In this document: piece after piece, positions 10,972-21,186 of the stretch
How positions within the stretch are numbered: position 1 is the stretch's first letter
Layout of the letters: each line of letters starts with the position of its first letter
Virus record (IMG/VR): IMGVR_UViG_3300036715_003363
Direction: 5' to 3' (one strand)
DNA length: 64,000 nucleotides
Origin: a virus
Position numbers and translations under genes: made by a program
Notes under the pieces: model-generated
Told to the model about the DNA's origin: nothing
The model's input: the letters and a program-made list of their open reading frames with translations, nothing else
Databases searched by the model: none

Positions 10972-12867
10972 ATGATAAATACTTCCGGCTCTTATAATAC
11001 GACAGGATCAGGTGGATCATCCGGGCCTACTAATTCAAGTGCCTACCCGCAGACGAGCCTATTAGGGGCATTTATATCTCGCCTCCCATATGCATACAGT
11101 ATTGTGGACAGCATGATTCAAAGGAACCCAAAGTTTTATGATTTTAAGGGTGTTGCTCCAAAAAGACAAGAATTAATTCAAAATCAGTCAGTATTTTTAA
11201 CAGATCCAACGACTAATCAATATGGAGACGGTTCAGCTCCTGGAAATATTGTAATTAACAAAGATTATCAGGCGTTTATCTATGCTAATATTGATAAAGA
11301 CAAGACTCGCCGTCTTCTAGACTATAGAAGAATGGCAGCCTACGCTGAATTAGCTGATTGTTTGGATGAAATCGCTGATGAATGTGTGGTAAAAGACGAA
11401 AATGATGATATTGCGACGTTCCAATGCCGCGGAGAGTGGACAAAAGAAGTAAAAGATTTACTTCAAAAAGAATTTAAAAAGTTTATTGTTATTTTTAACC
11501 TTGAAGATGACGGATGGGAATATTTTAGGCAGTTTCTCGTTGACGGAGAGCTATATTTTGAAAATATTATTGACAAAAACAAGACACATCTTGGAATTAT
11601 CGGTATTATTCAAATGCCAGCTGAGATGGTTAACCCTGTTTACTCAAATGTTCAAAATGAGCTTGTAAAAGGCTTCCTTCTTCGTAAACCAGCAACTGAA
11701 GCTGCAACATCTAACAACAGGAAAGATCAAGAAGATCTGTTTTTTATGGAAAAAGCGCAGGTGACGTACGTTCACTCAGGCACTTGGAATGAATTCAAGA
11801 CAATTCGTCTTCCATATATTGAAAATGCAAAAAGAGCATATCGTCAGCTCTCTCTTATTGAAGATTCAATCGTTATTTACAGGCTTGTTCGTGCACCTGA
11901 ACGCCTTAAATTTACTATTTACACAGGAACTATGCCGACGCCTAAAGCTGAAGCGTATGTAAAGCGTATGATGCAAAGTTTCTGGTCTAAAAAGAATTAC
12001 GATACATCTCAAGGACAGCAAGGAAGAATTACAAACATATATGACACTCAATCCATGCGTGATGCCTATTGGTTTGCGCAAGATGCACAGGGTAAAGGGC
12101 ATAATGTTGAATTAATGCCAGGAGGACAAAATCTCGGACAGCTAGATGACCTAAATTACTTCCTCAAAAAGCTATATAACAGTTTAAAAATACCAATAAG
12201 TCGTTTTCTCGTGTCAGATGCGTCGTTTACTGATGGAAACGAGATTACTCGTGATGAATTACGTTTTGCTCGCTTCGTTATTCGTATTCAGCGTCAGTTT
12301 GCGACAAGCATTCGTGAAACGTTTATTGCTCACCTAAAACTTAAGGGTTATTGGGATCAATATAAGCTTAAAGAGCGTGCAATGAATGTGGAGCTTAATA
12401 TTCCTACATCATTCATGGCAATGCGTGAGCAGCAGCTGCTTGATATCAAGTTTGACAACTTTTTAAAGATTACAGGCAACCAATCTGTATCAACATCATA
12501 CGCTCAGAAGTATTATCTCGGTCTAAACGACGATCTTATGAAAGAAAATCGTGAATGGCTCAAGAAAGACGCAGCTCTTACTTGGGAATTGTCACAAATT
12601 CAGAGTTCCGGTCCTAATTTTAGAGAGCAATTAGCTGCGCAAGGAGCAGCACAAGGCGATGGCGCCGAGATACCAGGAATGGCGGGAGGAGGCGGCGGAT
12701 CATCAGGTGACGGACCTGAAATACCTAACTTCGGAGGCGGATCAACAGTTCCCGGCGAAGAAGGCGAACCTCTCGGCGAACCTCCTAGTGAACCTCCTGG
12801 TGAACCTGCAGGCGGTGTCGGTGGCGATACAACTGCTCAAATGTCAGGTCCTCCGGGATCAGCGTAA
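10972..12867 (+). CDS. gp20: portal vertex protein gp20
   Basis: AYRQLSLIEDSIVIYRLVRAPER, PGGQNLGQLDDLNYFLKKLYNSLKIP and EITRDELRFARF are T4 gp20 signatures. Confidence 0.97.
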   Translation: MINTSGSYNTTGSGGSSGPTNSSAYPQTSLLGAFISRLPYAYSIVDSMIQRNPKFYDFKGVAPKRQELIQNQSVFLTDPTTNQYGDGSAPGNIVINKDYQAFIYANIDKDKTRRLLDYRRMAAYAELADCLDEIADECVVKDENDDIATFQCRGEWTKEVKDLLQKEFKKFIVIFNLEDDGWEYFRQFLVDGELYFENIIDKNKTHLGIIGIIQMPAEMVNPVYSNVQNELVKGFLLRKPATEAATSNNRKDQEDLFFMEKAQVTYVHSGTWNEFKTIRLPYIENAKRAYRQLSLIEDSIVIYRLVRAPERLKFTIYTGTMPTPKAEAYVKRMMQSFWSKKNYDTSQGQQGRITNIYDTQSMRDAYWFAQDAQGKGHNVELMPGGQNLGQLDDLNYFLKKLYNSLKIPISRFLVSDASFTDGNEITRDELRFARFVIRIQRQFATSIRETFIAHLKLKGYWDQYKLKERAMNVELNIPTSFMAMREQQLLDIKFDNFLKITGNQSVSTSYAQKYYLGLNDDLMKENREWLKKDAALTWELSQIQSSGPNFREQLAAQGAAQGDGAEIPGMAGGGGGSSGDGPEIPNFGGGSTVPGEEGEPLGEPPSEPPGEPAGGVGGDTTAQMSGPPGSA

Positions 12868-12887
12868 CAAAAAGATTAAATAATATC

Positions 12888-13232
12888 ATGCTCACGTATG
12901 ATATTCCTGCTCACCTCCGCGGAGACACATGGAGTGGTATCAGCTCAATTGTTATTCAAACAGGAGGAGTACCAGTAGATTTAACAAACGCTATTATCAT
13001 CATGCAGGTCAGAGAAGAGGTCGACTCCCCTGTTGTGCTTGAGCTATCAACGACTAACGGCGCAGTGCAAATTGCTAACGATCCAACAATAGGCACCTTT
13101 TCATTTCTTCCGTTAATTGTAGATATTCCTTTTGATTCTTATATATACGACATTCAAATTACTCTTCAAACCGGATACGTAAAAACATATCTTACAGGAT
13201 CTTGGGAAATATTGCCAGATATAACTAATTAA
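12888..13232 (+). CDS. BppU-like adaptor domain protein (stand-alone)
   Basis: RGDTW...VDLTNAIIIMQVR...YIYDIQITLQTGYVKTYLTG; paralogous to the N-terminus of the 17678 ORF. Confidence 0.65.
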   Translation: MLTYDIPAHLRGDTWSGISSIVIQTGGVPVDLTNAIIIMQVREEVDSPVVLELSTTNGAVQIANDPTIGTFSFLPLIVDIPFDSYIYDIQITLQTGYVKTYLTGSWEILPDITN

Positions 13233-15658
13233 TGAGCGACTCAATTACAATTAATCTGTCAACTCAAGTAGTTACACTAAGCGTCTTTAATCAGAGTGGA
13301 TCAAACTGGGGATCCATTACTGGAAATCTTTCCACTCAAATAGATTTGTGGACAAATCTATCAGCTGTTAATGTAGCGCTACTATCAAGTGCTATATGGG
13401 ATGAAGCGTACACAAACATAATCACAAACTCAGCTGCATATCTAAGCAATATTGATTTAACATTTTTACAAGCACCTTCTGCTACATGGAACACAGCATA
13501 CATATCAACACTTGCTTTAAATCTTTCTTCGTCGTCATGGAACGAAGTATATACAACAGTTCAAAGTAATTCAGCATCTTGGGATACAACATCTTTAAAT
13601 CTTTCATCTGATTTGTGGAATGTTGCATATACAATTGCTCAAAACACTAGCGCAGCTGCTGATTATAACGGAACTGATATAAAAGCACTAACAGGCAGCT
13701 GGCAAAGTGCTTCAACAACTGTTCAAGATACTTCAGCAAATTGGAACACATCATACGTAATCAGTACAGCGTACCAGAGTGTATCTAGCTCTTTTGCAAC
13801 AAATACTCTTCTTCAGAGCACTTCTGCACTCTTAACGCCTCTTACACTCACTAATAATCTTACAAGCCAGCTTCTACAGACAAGTATTTATCAAAATGCT
13901 TCAAGTGGGTTTGTACTCAGTACTGCAATTAATGCTCTTACTGCAAATTGGAACAGTGCATATACGATAAGCAGTGCTTTAAATCTTTCATCTGCAAATT
14001 GGAACACAGCATACACGACAGTTCAGAATACATCTGCAAATTGGAACACAGCATATACAACAAGCAGTGCCTTAAATCTTTCTTCTGCAAATTGGAATAG
14101 TGCATATACAACAAGCAGTGCTTTAAATCTTTCATCTGCAAATTGGAATGGAACATTTACAACAGTTCATAATACTTCAGCAAATTGGAACAGTGCATAC
14201 ACGACAAGCAGTGCTTTAAATCTTTCATCTGCAAATTGGAACAGTGCATACACGACAGTTCAGAGTAATTCTGCAAATTGGAACGGAACATATACAACAG
14301 TTCAGAGTAATTCTGCAAATTGGAACGGAACATTTACAACAGTTCAGAATACATCTGCAAATTGGAATAGTGCATACGCGACAGTTCAGAGTAATTCTGC
14401 AAATTGGAACGGAACATTTACAACAGTTCAGAATACATCTGCAAATTGGAATAGTGCATACGCGACAGTTCAGAGTAATTCTGCAAATTGGAACACAGCA
14501 TATACAACAAGCAGTGCTTTAAATCTTTCATCTGCAAATTGGAACACATCATATACAACAAGCAGTGCTTTAAATCTTTCATCTGCAAATTGGAACAGTG
14601 CATACACGACAGTTCAGAGTAATTCTGCAAATTGGAACACAGCATATACAACAAGCAGTGCTTTAAATCTTTCATCTGCAAATTGGAACACAGCATATAC
14701 AATAGTTCATAATACTTCTGCAAATTGGAACACAGCATATACAACAAGCAGTGCTTTAAATCTTTCATCTGCAAATTGGAACACAGCATATACAACAAGC
14801 AGTGCTTTAAATCTTTCATCTGCAAATTGGAATAGTGCATATACAACAAGCAGTGATTTGAATCTTTCATCTGTAAATTGGAATAGTGCATATACAACAG
14901 TTCAGAGTAATTCTGCAAATTGGAACACAGCATATACAACAAGCAGTGCATATACAACAAGCAGTGATTTGAATCTTTCATCTGTAAATTGGAATAGTGC
15001 ATACACGACAGTTCAGAGTAATTCTGCAAATTGGAACACAGCATATACAACAAGCAGTGCTTTAAGTCTTTCATCTGCAAATTGGCAAAACGTGTATACA
15101 TTTGTTACAACCACAACAGCTACAACGTTTAATGTAAATGCGTTGGTAGCAACAGGGACAACAGGAGGAGCAGGCTATACAGGCGGTGTTGCTCTAGACT
15201 ATGTCAACGGAAACGGAAGAATTAGCACCGACATCAACGGCAGTATGACATTATATACTGGAGGAGTCGGAGTAACGCCACTTGTAACGTATCTTTCCGG
15301 CGGAAATGTTGGTATTGGTACAATCACACCAAATACAAAGCTTACTGTCATTGGCACAATTTCTGCCTCTGCCATAGTAACAGGAGGTGCTACACACGGA
15401 TACACAGCACAGATATCAAATTATTCTATACAACCAACAGATTATACTGTTAACTGCACTGCTAATAGTTTTACTGTTCAGTTACCTTTAGCATCTACTG
15501 TTTCTTATCAGCTTTTCAACATAAAAAATAGCGGAACTGGGAATATCACATTAAGTGGATATCAATCCGATCTAATAGATGGTATAAACACACAAATTAT
15601 TCAGAAATGGAATTCAATATCAATACAATCCACAGGAACATCTTGGATTATACTATAA
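13232..15658 (+). CDS. tail fibre-like protein with long NWNxAY repeat shaft
   Basis: About 25 ANWN-core repeats, then GNVGIGTITPNTKLTVIG and a small beta-rich C-terminal domain (YTVNCTAN...TVQLP...NIKN). Confidence 0.75.
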   Translation: MSDSITINLSTQVVTLSVFNQSGSNWGSITGNLSTQIDLWTNLSAVNVALLSSAIWDEAYTNIITNSAAYLSNIDLTFLQAPSATWNTAYISTLALNLSSSSWNEVYTTVQSNSASWDTTSLNLSSDLWNVAYTIAQNTSAAADYNGTDIKALTGSWQSASTTVQDTSANWNTSYVISTAYQSVSSSFATNTLLQSTSALLTPLTLTNNLTSQLLQTSIYQNASSGFVLSTAINALTANWNSAYTISSALNLSSANWNTAYTTVQNTSANWNTAYTTSSALNLSSANWNSAYTTSSALNLSSANWNGTFTTVHNTSANWNSAYTTSSALNLSSANWNSAYTTVQSNSANWNGTYTTVQSNSANWNGTFTTVQNTSANWNSAYATVQSNSANWNGTFTTVQNTSANWNSAYATVQSNSANWNTAYTTSSALNLSSANWNTSYTTSSALNLSSANWNSAYTTVQSNSANWNTAYTTSSALNLSSANWNTAYTIVHNTSANWNTAYTTSSALNLSSANWNTAYTTSSALNLSSANWNSAYTTSSDLNLSSVNWNSAYTTVQSNSANWNTAYTTSSAYTTSSDLNLSSVNWNSAYTTVQSNSANWNTAYTTSSALSLSSANWQNVYTFVTTTTATTFNVNALVATGTTGGAGYTGGVALDYVNGNGRISTDINGSMTLYTGGVGVTPLVTYLSGGNVGIGTITPNTKLTVIGTISASAIVTGGATHGYTAQISNYSIQPTDYTVNCTANSFTVQLPLASTVSYQLFNIKNSGTGNITLSGYQSDLIDGINTQIIQKWNSISIQSTGTSWIIL
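13943..15085 (+). repeat. in-frame tandem array of 51-nt (17-aa) and 42-nt (14-aa) units
   Basis: Core tctgcaaattggaa repeated; 24 full units counted from the translation (11 of 17 aa, 12 of 14 aa, 1 of 23 aa). Confidence 0.95.
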
Positions 15659-15671
15659 ATAAATAAAGAAT

Positions 15672-17579
15672 ATGTCATATTTTGCAACATTAAGTAGCAC
15701 GCAGCTTGCACCAACACTAGGTCAAAAAACAATGGCCGGCTCAACGTCAATTGCCATTGCAAGCGATCAATCTTTAACTCTTGCAAGTGATAACTTTTTA
15801 TCTTCTACCCTGACTAGTCCGCTAATTTCTGCAACGGGAACTTACGGCCCTGTTCAAGCCACTCCAAACGGGTTTTATCTTATTAGTGTCGGTAAAACAT
15901 ATACAGCCGCCACAATATCATTTACATCATCAGGCGGCGCTGCCGGCCAGAACGTTATTACAACTGCAACTACACCAGCCAGTATTGCAATAGGTCAACA
16001 AATTGTTGGAACAGGCATTCCTAAAGGCTCCGTTGTTACGGCATTTGTGACAAATACATCCGTTACAATTTCTCTGCCTCTTACAGCAACTTCGTCCGGC
16101 ACAGTAACTTTGACCAGTGATTTAGTTAGTTTTACTTTCCAATCTAGTGTAGACGGATCTACTTTTCAGAATCTTAGCAGCATACTGCTCTCTAATCCAT
16201 CTCTTCAAACTCCAGCATCAACACAGTATTACAGCGGCATATATTTTGTACGGGCTCCTGTTGGACTATTACCATCCACTAGTATTCGTCTAGTTGTTAA
16301 TACTCTAACGAACGCTACTCTCAAGTGGTATATTGATGCATACCAGCAAGGACAGACAATTACTCTTCCGCTTAACCAGCCGAATGCTTTTACTCAAGCT
16401 AACTGGCCAACGGGTGCCTGTGTCCTTCCACTTATTGATAGAACATTTTTTCGCGAATTTACTTTTGATGTCCCAGTATTTTCAGGAACCAGTCAAACTG
16501 TCACATACTACCAGAGTGATGATACAAACTTTGCTGCCCCTCAAGGAAGCTATCACGTCCAGCAGACGTCTGCTGGTGGTGGTACAGGAAGTTCTTATAC
16601 AGGTGTTGGTATTTATAAATTAAAGCCGGTTACTAGATATTTCTGTACCGTTGAAACAGGAACAGCCCTCACTGGATGGACAATGTACGGAGGAGCGTCG
16701 ATTTCTTCATCGCCAGACCCGGAATTATCAGTATATGTTAATGGTTCAAACTTAACGCAGGTGGCATCAACAACACCAACACCAGTCCTGGCAAACGGAC
16801 AAACAAATAGAATGATAGGTGTGGCCATGGGTACATGCGCGGCTAATACTGATCAGTCCGCAACAGCTTTTGCTGGAGCAGGAAGAGTTAACGGAACAGT
16901 TGTTTCTACCGCTTACGGTGGCGGTGTTAGTATTGCCAGCGATATTAGCATTACATCACTTACGCTCGGCTCTGCAACAAGCGCAATTCCAGTGCTTCAA
17001 GAGTCATATGATAGCGGCACAACTTTTACAGATATGTGGGTAGGGTTTCCAATGACCTCAGCTACTCACCAAAGAATGCCAGCCATCCCAATTCAAGGAA
17101 GACGTAGATGGTGTATGCATTCCATTGGTGGAACATCAACGACAATTACAACAACAATAATCTCTCAAGAGCTTCCAGGTGTTAATGTACTACAGAGGCA
17201 GTTTGTTGACGTTTATAATGCAATAAATCCATTTTCAACAGTTATTAATGGAGCAACATATACATCAACGCTTGTGTCAACAGTCCTTAGTAGCACCGGT
17301 TCCGTTGCTGTTGTTGAAGGATGTAAGATTTTAACAATTAGTGGAGTATTCACAGGCGGAATTCCTTCAGTGGCTCCTGTATACACTCTTCTGCTATCAC
17401 AGGACGCAACAAACTGGGCATTTACACAAACAACTCTTTCTCCAACAGGAGCTGGAACATTTATGTCATCAACAACTAATAATATTTGTGCGAGATATGC
17501 AAAACTTTACGTCAGTACGGCATCGTCGGGTGGTACTCCGTATGGTGTGTTGTACACCGCCATCAACGGAACAAACTAA
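15672..17579 (+). CDS. S/T-rich fibre or adhesin-like virion protein
   Basis: 635 aa, beta-rich. N-terminal LGQKTMAGSTSIAIASDQS motif familiar from phage fibre proteins; TAAATA 6 nt upstream. Confidence 0.6.
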   Translation: MSYFATLSSTQLAPTLGQKTMAGSTSIAIASDQSLTLASDNFLSSTLTSPLISATGTYGPVQATPNGFYLISVGKTYTAATISFTSSGGAAGQNVITTATTPASIAIGQQIVGTGIPKGSVVTAFVTNTSVTISLPLTATSSGTVTLTSDLVSFTFQSSVDGSTFQNLSSILLSNPSLQTPASTQYYSGIYFVRAPVGLLPSTSIRLVVNTLTNATLKWYIDAYQQGQTITLPLNQPNAFTQANWPTGACVLPLIDRTFFREFTFDVPVFSGTSQTVTYYQSDDTNFAAPQGSYHVQQTSAGGGTGSSYTGVGIYKLKPVTRYFCTVETGTALTGWTMYGGASISSSPDPELSVYVNGSNLTQVASTTPTPVLANGQTNRMIGVAMGTCAANTDQSATAFAGAGRVNGTVVSTAYGGGVSIASDISITSLTLGSATSAIPVLQESYDSGTTFTDMWVGFPMTSATHQRMPAIPIQGRRRWCMHSIGGTSTTITTTIISQELPGVNVLQRQFVDVYNAINPFSTVINGATYTSTLVSTVLSSTGSVAVVEGCKILTISGVFTGGIPSVAPVYTLLLSQDATNWAFTQTTLSPTGAGTFMSSTTNNICARYAKLYVSTASSGGTPYGVLYTAINGTN

Positions 17580-17677
17580 AGCTACTTTGTGTGACCAAAC
17601 CCTTGCATGTGTGAAATGACTGTCGAAAGATCAGTTGAACACATTTATTATACACTCACCAATTAAATAAGTATAAG

Positions 17678-20600
17678 ATGCTTATCTATAATATCCCCAG
17701 TCATTTCCGCGGAGACACATGGAACGGCATTAGCTCAGTAACAGTTAATTCAAACAGGGCTCCGTTAAATCTCGCAGGCGCATCCATTAAGATGCAGCTA
17801 AGAGAGTATATTGACTCACCAGTTGTGTTAGAATTTTCAACTACTGCAGGAAGCATTGTAATTGTTGATGCAGCTCAGGGAATATTTTCAATTCCAAGCA
17901 CTATTGTTGATATTCCAATTGGTGTATATAGCTTTGACATTCAAATTACTCAATCAAATGGAGTAGTCGGTACATATATCTCAGGTACATGGGAAATCAT
18001 TGCAGATATTGAGGGAGCAGTATTAACGGGGTCAGTTCCCCCAATAACAATAATAGTAACAGCATTAAACTATGATCCAGCAGGTGCAGCAACTATCGCT
18101 CAAGCTAATGCTCAGACATACTCAAATAGTCTATCATCCAGCTATGATCCAGCAGGCGCTGCAGCTGCAGCTCAAGCTAATGCTCAAACATACTCAAACA
18201 GCTTATCATCCAGCTATGACTTAGCAGGCGCTGCAGCTGCAGCTCAGAATAACGCCGAGGCATACGCAGATAGTCTTGCAGTAAACTATGACTTAGCAGG
18301 TGCAGCAGCAACAGCTCAAGCTAATGCTCAAACATACTCAACCAGCTTATCATCCAGCTATGATCCAGCAGGTGCAGCAACTATCGCTCAGAATAACGCT
18401 AAAACATACTCAAATAGCTTATCATCCAGCTATGATCCAGCAGGCGCGGCAACTATAGCGCAGAATAATGCTAAAACATACTCAAATAGCTTATCATCCA
18501 GCTATGACGTAGCAGGAGCTGCAACCATAGCGCAGAATAATGCTCAAACATACTCAAACAGTCTATCATCCAGCTATGACTTAGCAGGTGCAGCAACTAT
18601 AGCGCAGAATAATGCTCAAACATACTCAAACAGTCTATCATCCAGCTATGACTTAGCAGGTGCAGCAACTATCGCTCAAGCTAATGCTCAAACATACTCA
18701 AACAGTCTATCATCCAGCTATGACTTAGCAGGAGCTGCAACTATCGCTCAGAATAATGCTGAGGCGGCAGCTGTCGCTGCAAACCTCTCTCTCCAGGCTA
18801 CCGACGCGCAGGCCGTTGATTCCACTGATACCACTCACTGGATGTCTCCTCACGCCACGAGCCTTGCGATTGCTATTGACGCACCAAACAAGCTCTCCGC
18901 GCGCGTCATCTACGCATCACGTGCGGGGTGCGCTCTAAACAGCAATATTGATACAGGAGGGGGAACTGACGACACGGCGGCACTACAAGCCATTCTGGAC
19001 TTAGCTTCATCCAGTCCCATTGAGGTGGTGATTGACGGCGTTGCGCTCGTCTCATCAAAGCTAATCATCAAGGGGTCAACCAAAATCAGAGGGATATCTG
19101 GAGGGGGTGTTTTTCAGGCAGCAGGGACAAACGACCACATTCTCACTACCGCCGGTGTTTTTAATCCTTCAACGATTATTTCTTCTATTATTATAGAAAA
19201 ACTTGTCCTGAATGGGAATGGAAACAATCAGGCAAAATGGGTAGGTGGGTATGGATACACTTCCACTGGGGCGGTTGCAACAACACAAAGTGACTGGGGC
19301 TGGATTTTCGGCGTGTGGCTCGCTCGATACAGTCAGCTAGTCATGCGCGATGTCACTATTCGCAACGCGAAGACATTTGCTTTGACGCTGATGCAGGCTG
19401 GTGACGCTCATCTGACCAACATAAAGACATTATGGGATGATGGAGGCACTGGATTTATCGGCCAAAATCGTGACGGAATCCACCTATGGGGTGACCTCAA
19501 CAAAGTGCACGCGAAGGGATTTTCCAGCAATGGAGATGATGATACGATTGCTCTCAACACCTCCGAAAATGTTGGCTGGACAAATGCCGCATGGAGCCGA
19601 GGATCGTCTGGCGGCTATCTGGGCGACATTCTGTTTGAGGATGTTGAGTTTTTGAACGCTTCTAACGGAATCAGAACTTATTATGACGGATACTTGCCCG
19701 GTGCTAAGATAGGGAGATTTGTCCTCAGAAACGCTCGCGGGAATATTCTCACTGTGCCAATGCAAGCTGGGCTTGATTCTTCTCAGGTTGGTTATTTTGA
19801 GATAGACGGATGGGATGTAGGAGGGGCTCAAAATAGCATTCTTGTTAATGCCAATGAGGTAAGACTTAATAGCATTGCAAAAGGAGTCTCTGTTTCTGGC
19901 TATGCAGCTCTTGTGAGCGGAGATTACTTTTCTGAGCCTAGCAACGGATGGCTTGGCGTCGGCACGCCACAGAATTACCCCCAAGTCTCGGATGCAGGAA
20001 TAATCGACGGGACATTCCCAACCACTGCTCCAGCTGCAATCACCGCAGTAAGCATCAGCACGCTTGTTCAGCAGACCTTTCCTCCGACAATCGGAGCGAC
20101 ATCAACGACTGCTGTAGCAGGTAATGATCCTCGCTTGACTGATGATCGGACTCCGACCGTTCACGCTACCACTCATTCTACCGGGGGAAGTGATCCTATC
20201 ACCCCGTCAAGCATCGGTGCAGACGTAGCAGGAGCTGCAACTATAGCGCAGAATAACGCTAAAACATACTCAAACAGCTTATCATCCAGTTATGACGTAG
20301 CAGGCGCAGCAACTATAGCGCAGAATAATGCTAAAACATACTCAAATAGCTTATCATCCAGCTATGACGTAGCAGGAGCTGCAACTATCGCTCAGAATAA
20401 CGCTAAAACATACTCAAACAGCTTATCATCCAGCTATGACTTAGCAGGTGCAGCAGCAACAGCTCAAGCTAACGCTAAAACATACTCAAAAAGCTTATCA
20501 TCCAGCTATGACGTAGCAGGAGCTGCAACTATCGCTCAGAATAACGCTAAAACATACTCAAATAGCTTATCATCCAGCTATGACGTAGCAGGAGCTGCAA

Positions 20601-21184
20601 CTATCGCTCAGAATAATGCTATAGCAGCCATCCCTCCCCAGGTTGAGTCGGCAAATTTTTCAGCAGTTGCTGGGGGAAGATATATCACGACTGCTACCCT
20701 CACCATCACTGACCCTACTGGCGTCACCAATCAGAGCTTTGTTGTGATCGTGGCCAGCGGAACATGCACTATTGGTGGAGTTGCTTATTCATCCTCAAAT
20801 TTTCCAATTATCCGATACTACAATGGAACAGCTTGGGTAACTCTCCCCCAGACCCTCACGGGAGTCCTCACCACATCAGGCTTTGCGACTACCTCTCCAT
20901 CTATCGAGATAGTCAGCTCCCACTCCATCGCGTGCGCAGCAACCCTCGCTCTCTCGGGAATCTTAGCCAACGACATCGTCCTTACAGGTTCAGCGGTTGC
21001 TATTACCTCGATCACTGGCGGAACACTCGGGGGACTGTATAGCTTAAATAACCAGACGGGAGGGTCGGTGACTCTCACTAATAGCGCGAGCCTTATCTGT
21101 CAGACGGGTGCAAACATCTCTCTAGCAGTAGGGGCTTCTGTCTTTATTAGGCCGGCCTCCTCTACAGTTGTTTCCACTTTATAA
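17678..21184 (+). CDS. tail spike/fibre: BppU-like N-terminus, repeat shaft, pectin-lyase-like depolymerase, second repeat shaft
   Basis: GGGTDDTAALQAILD and NRDGIHLW...GDDDTIAL are beta-helix glycosidase motifs; AGNDPRLTDDRTPTVHATTHSTGGSDPITP fibre linker; 24-aa repeats. Confidence 0.8.
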   Translation: MLIYNIPSHFRGDTWNGISSVTVNSNRAPLNLAGASIKMQLREYIDSPVVLEFSTTAGSIVIVDAAQGIFSIPSTIVDIPIGVYSFDIQITQSNGVVGTYISGTWEIIADIEGAVLTGSVPPITIIVTALNYDPAGAATIAQANAQTYSNSLSSSYDPAGAAAAAQANAQTYSNSLSSSYDLAGAAAAAQNNAEAYADSLAVNYDLAGAAATAQANAQTYSTSLSSSYDPAGAATIAQNNAKTYSNSLSSSYDPAGAATIAQNNAKTYSNSLSSSYDVAGAATIAQNNAQTYSNSLSSSYDLAGAATIAQNNAQTYSNSLSSSYDLAGAATIAQANAQTYSNSLSSSYDLAGAATIAQNNAEAAAVAANLSLQATDAQAVDSTDTTHWMSPHATSLAIAIDAPNKLSARVIYASRAGCALNSNIDTGGGTDDTAALQAILDLASSSPIEVVIDGVALVSSKLIIKGSTKIRGISGGGVFQAAGTNDHILTTAGVFNPSTIISSIIIEKLVLNGNGNNQAKWVGGYGYTSTGAVATTQSDWGWIFGVWLARYSQLVMRDVTIRNAKTFALTLMQAGDAHLTNIKTLWDDGGTGFIGQNRDGIHLWGDLNKVHAKGFSSNGDDDTIALNTSENVGWTNAAWSRGSSGGYLGDILFEDVEFLNASNGIRTYYDGYLPGAKIGRFVLRNARGNILTVPMQAGLDSSQVGYFEIDGWDVGGAQNSILVNANEVRLNSIAKGVSVSGYAALVSGDYFSEPSNGWLGVGTPQNYPQVSDAGIIDGTFPTTAPAAITAVSISTLVQQTFPPTIGATSTTAVAGNDPRLTDDRTPTVHATTHSTGGSDPITPSSIGADVAGAATIAQNNAKTYSNSLSSSYDVAGAATIAQNNAKTYSNSLSSSYDVAGAATIAQNNAKTYSNSLSSSYDLAGAAATAQANAKTYSKSLSSSYDVAGAATIAQNNAKTYSNSLSSSYDVAGAATIAQNNAIAAIPPQVESANFSAVAGGRYITTATLTITDPTGVTNQSFVVIVASGTCTIGGVAYSSSNFPIIRYYNGTAWVTLPQTLTGVLTTSGFATTSPSIEIVSSHSIACAATLALSGILANDIVLTGSAVAITSITGGTLGGLYSLNNQTGGSVTLTNSASLICQTGANISLAVGASVFIRPASSTVVSTL
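18071..18760 (+). repeat. 72-nt in-frame tandem repeat array 1 (YDxAGAATIAQNNAxTYSNSLSSS)
   Basis: Unit starts at 18071, 18143, 18215, 18287, 18359, 18431, 18503, 18575, 18647 and 18719 (last is partial). Confidence 0.95.
20222..20620 (+). repeat. 72-nt in-frame tandem repeat array 2 (same unit as array 1)
   Basis: Near-complete first unit at 20222, then unit starts at 20291, 20363, 20435, 20507 and 20579 (last is partial). Confidence 0.95.
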
Positions 21185-21186
21185 TC

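Noticed and set aside
13938-15101. Antisense and alternative-frame ORFs (13938-14156, 14244-14522, 14418-15101)
   Set aside because: By-products of a stop-free repeat unit; no promoter motif or protein-like features.
17590-17650. c-di-GMP-I riboswitch (GAAA tetraloop hairpin)
   Set aside because: Lacks the flanking conserved GGCAAA/GACGCAAA segments and second hairpin as I recall them; kept only as a generic structure candidate.
13943-20620. Tandem arrays as a CRISPR array
   Set aside because: The units are contiguous, in frame and coding, with no unique spacers and no cas genes.
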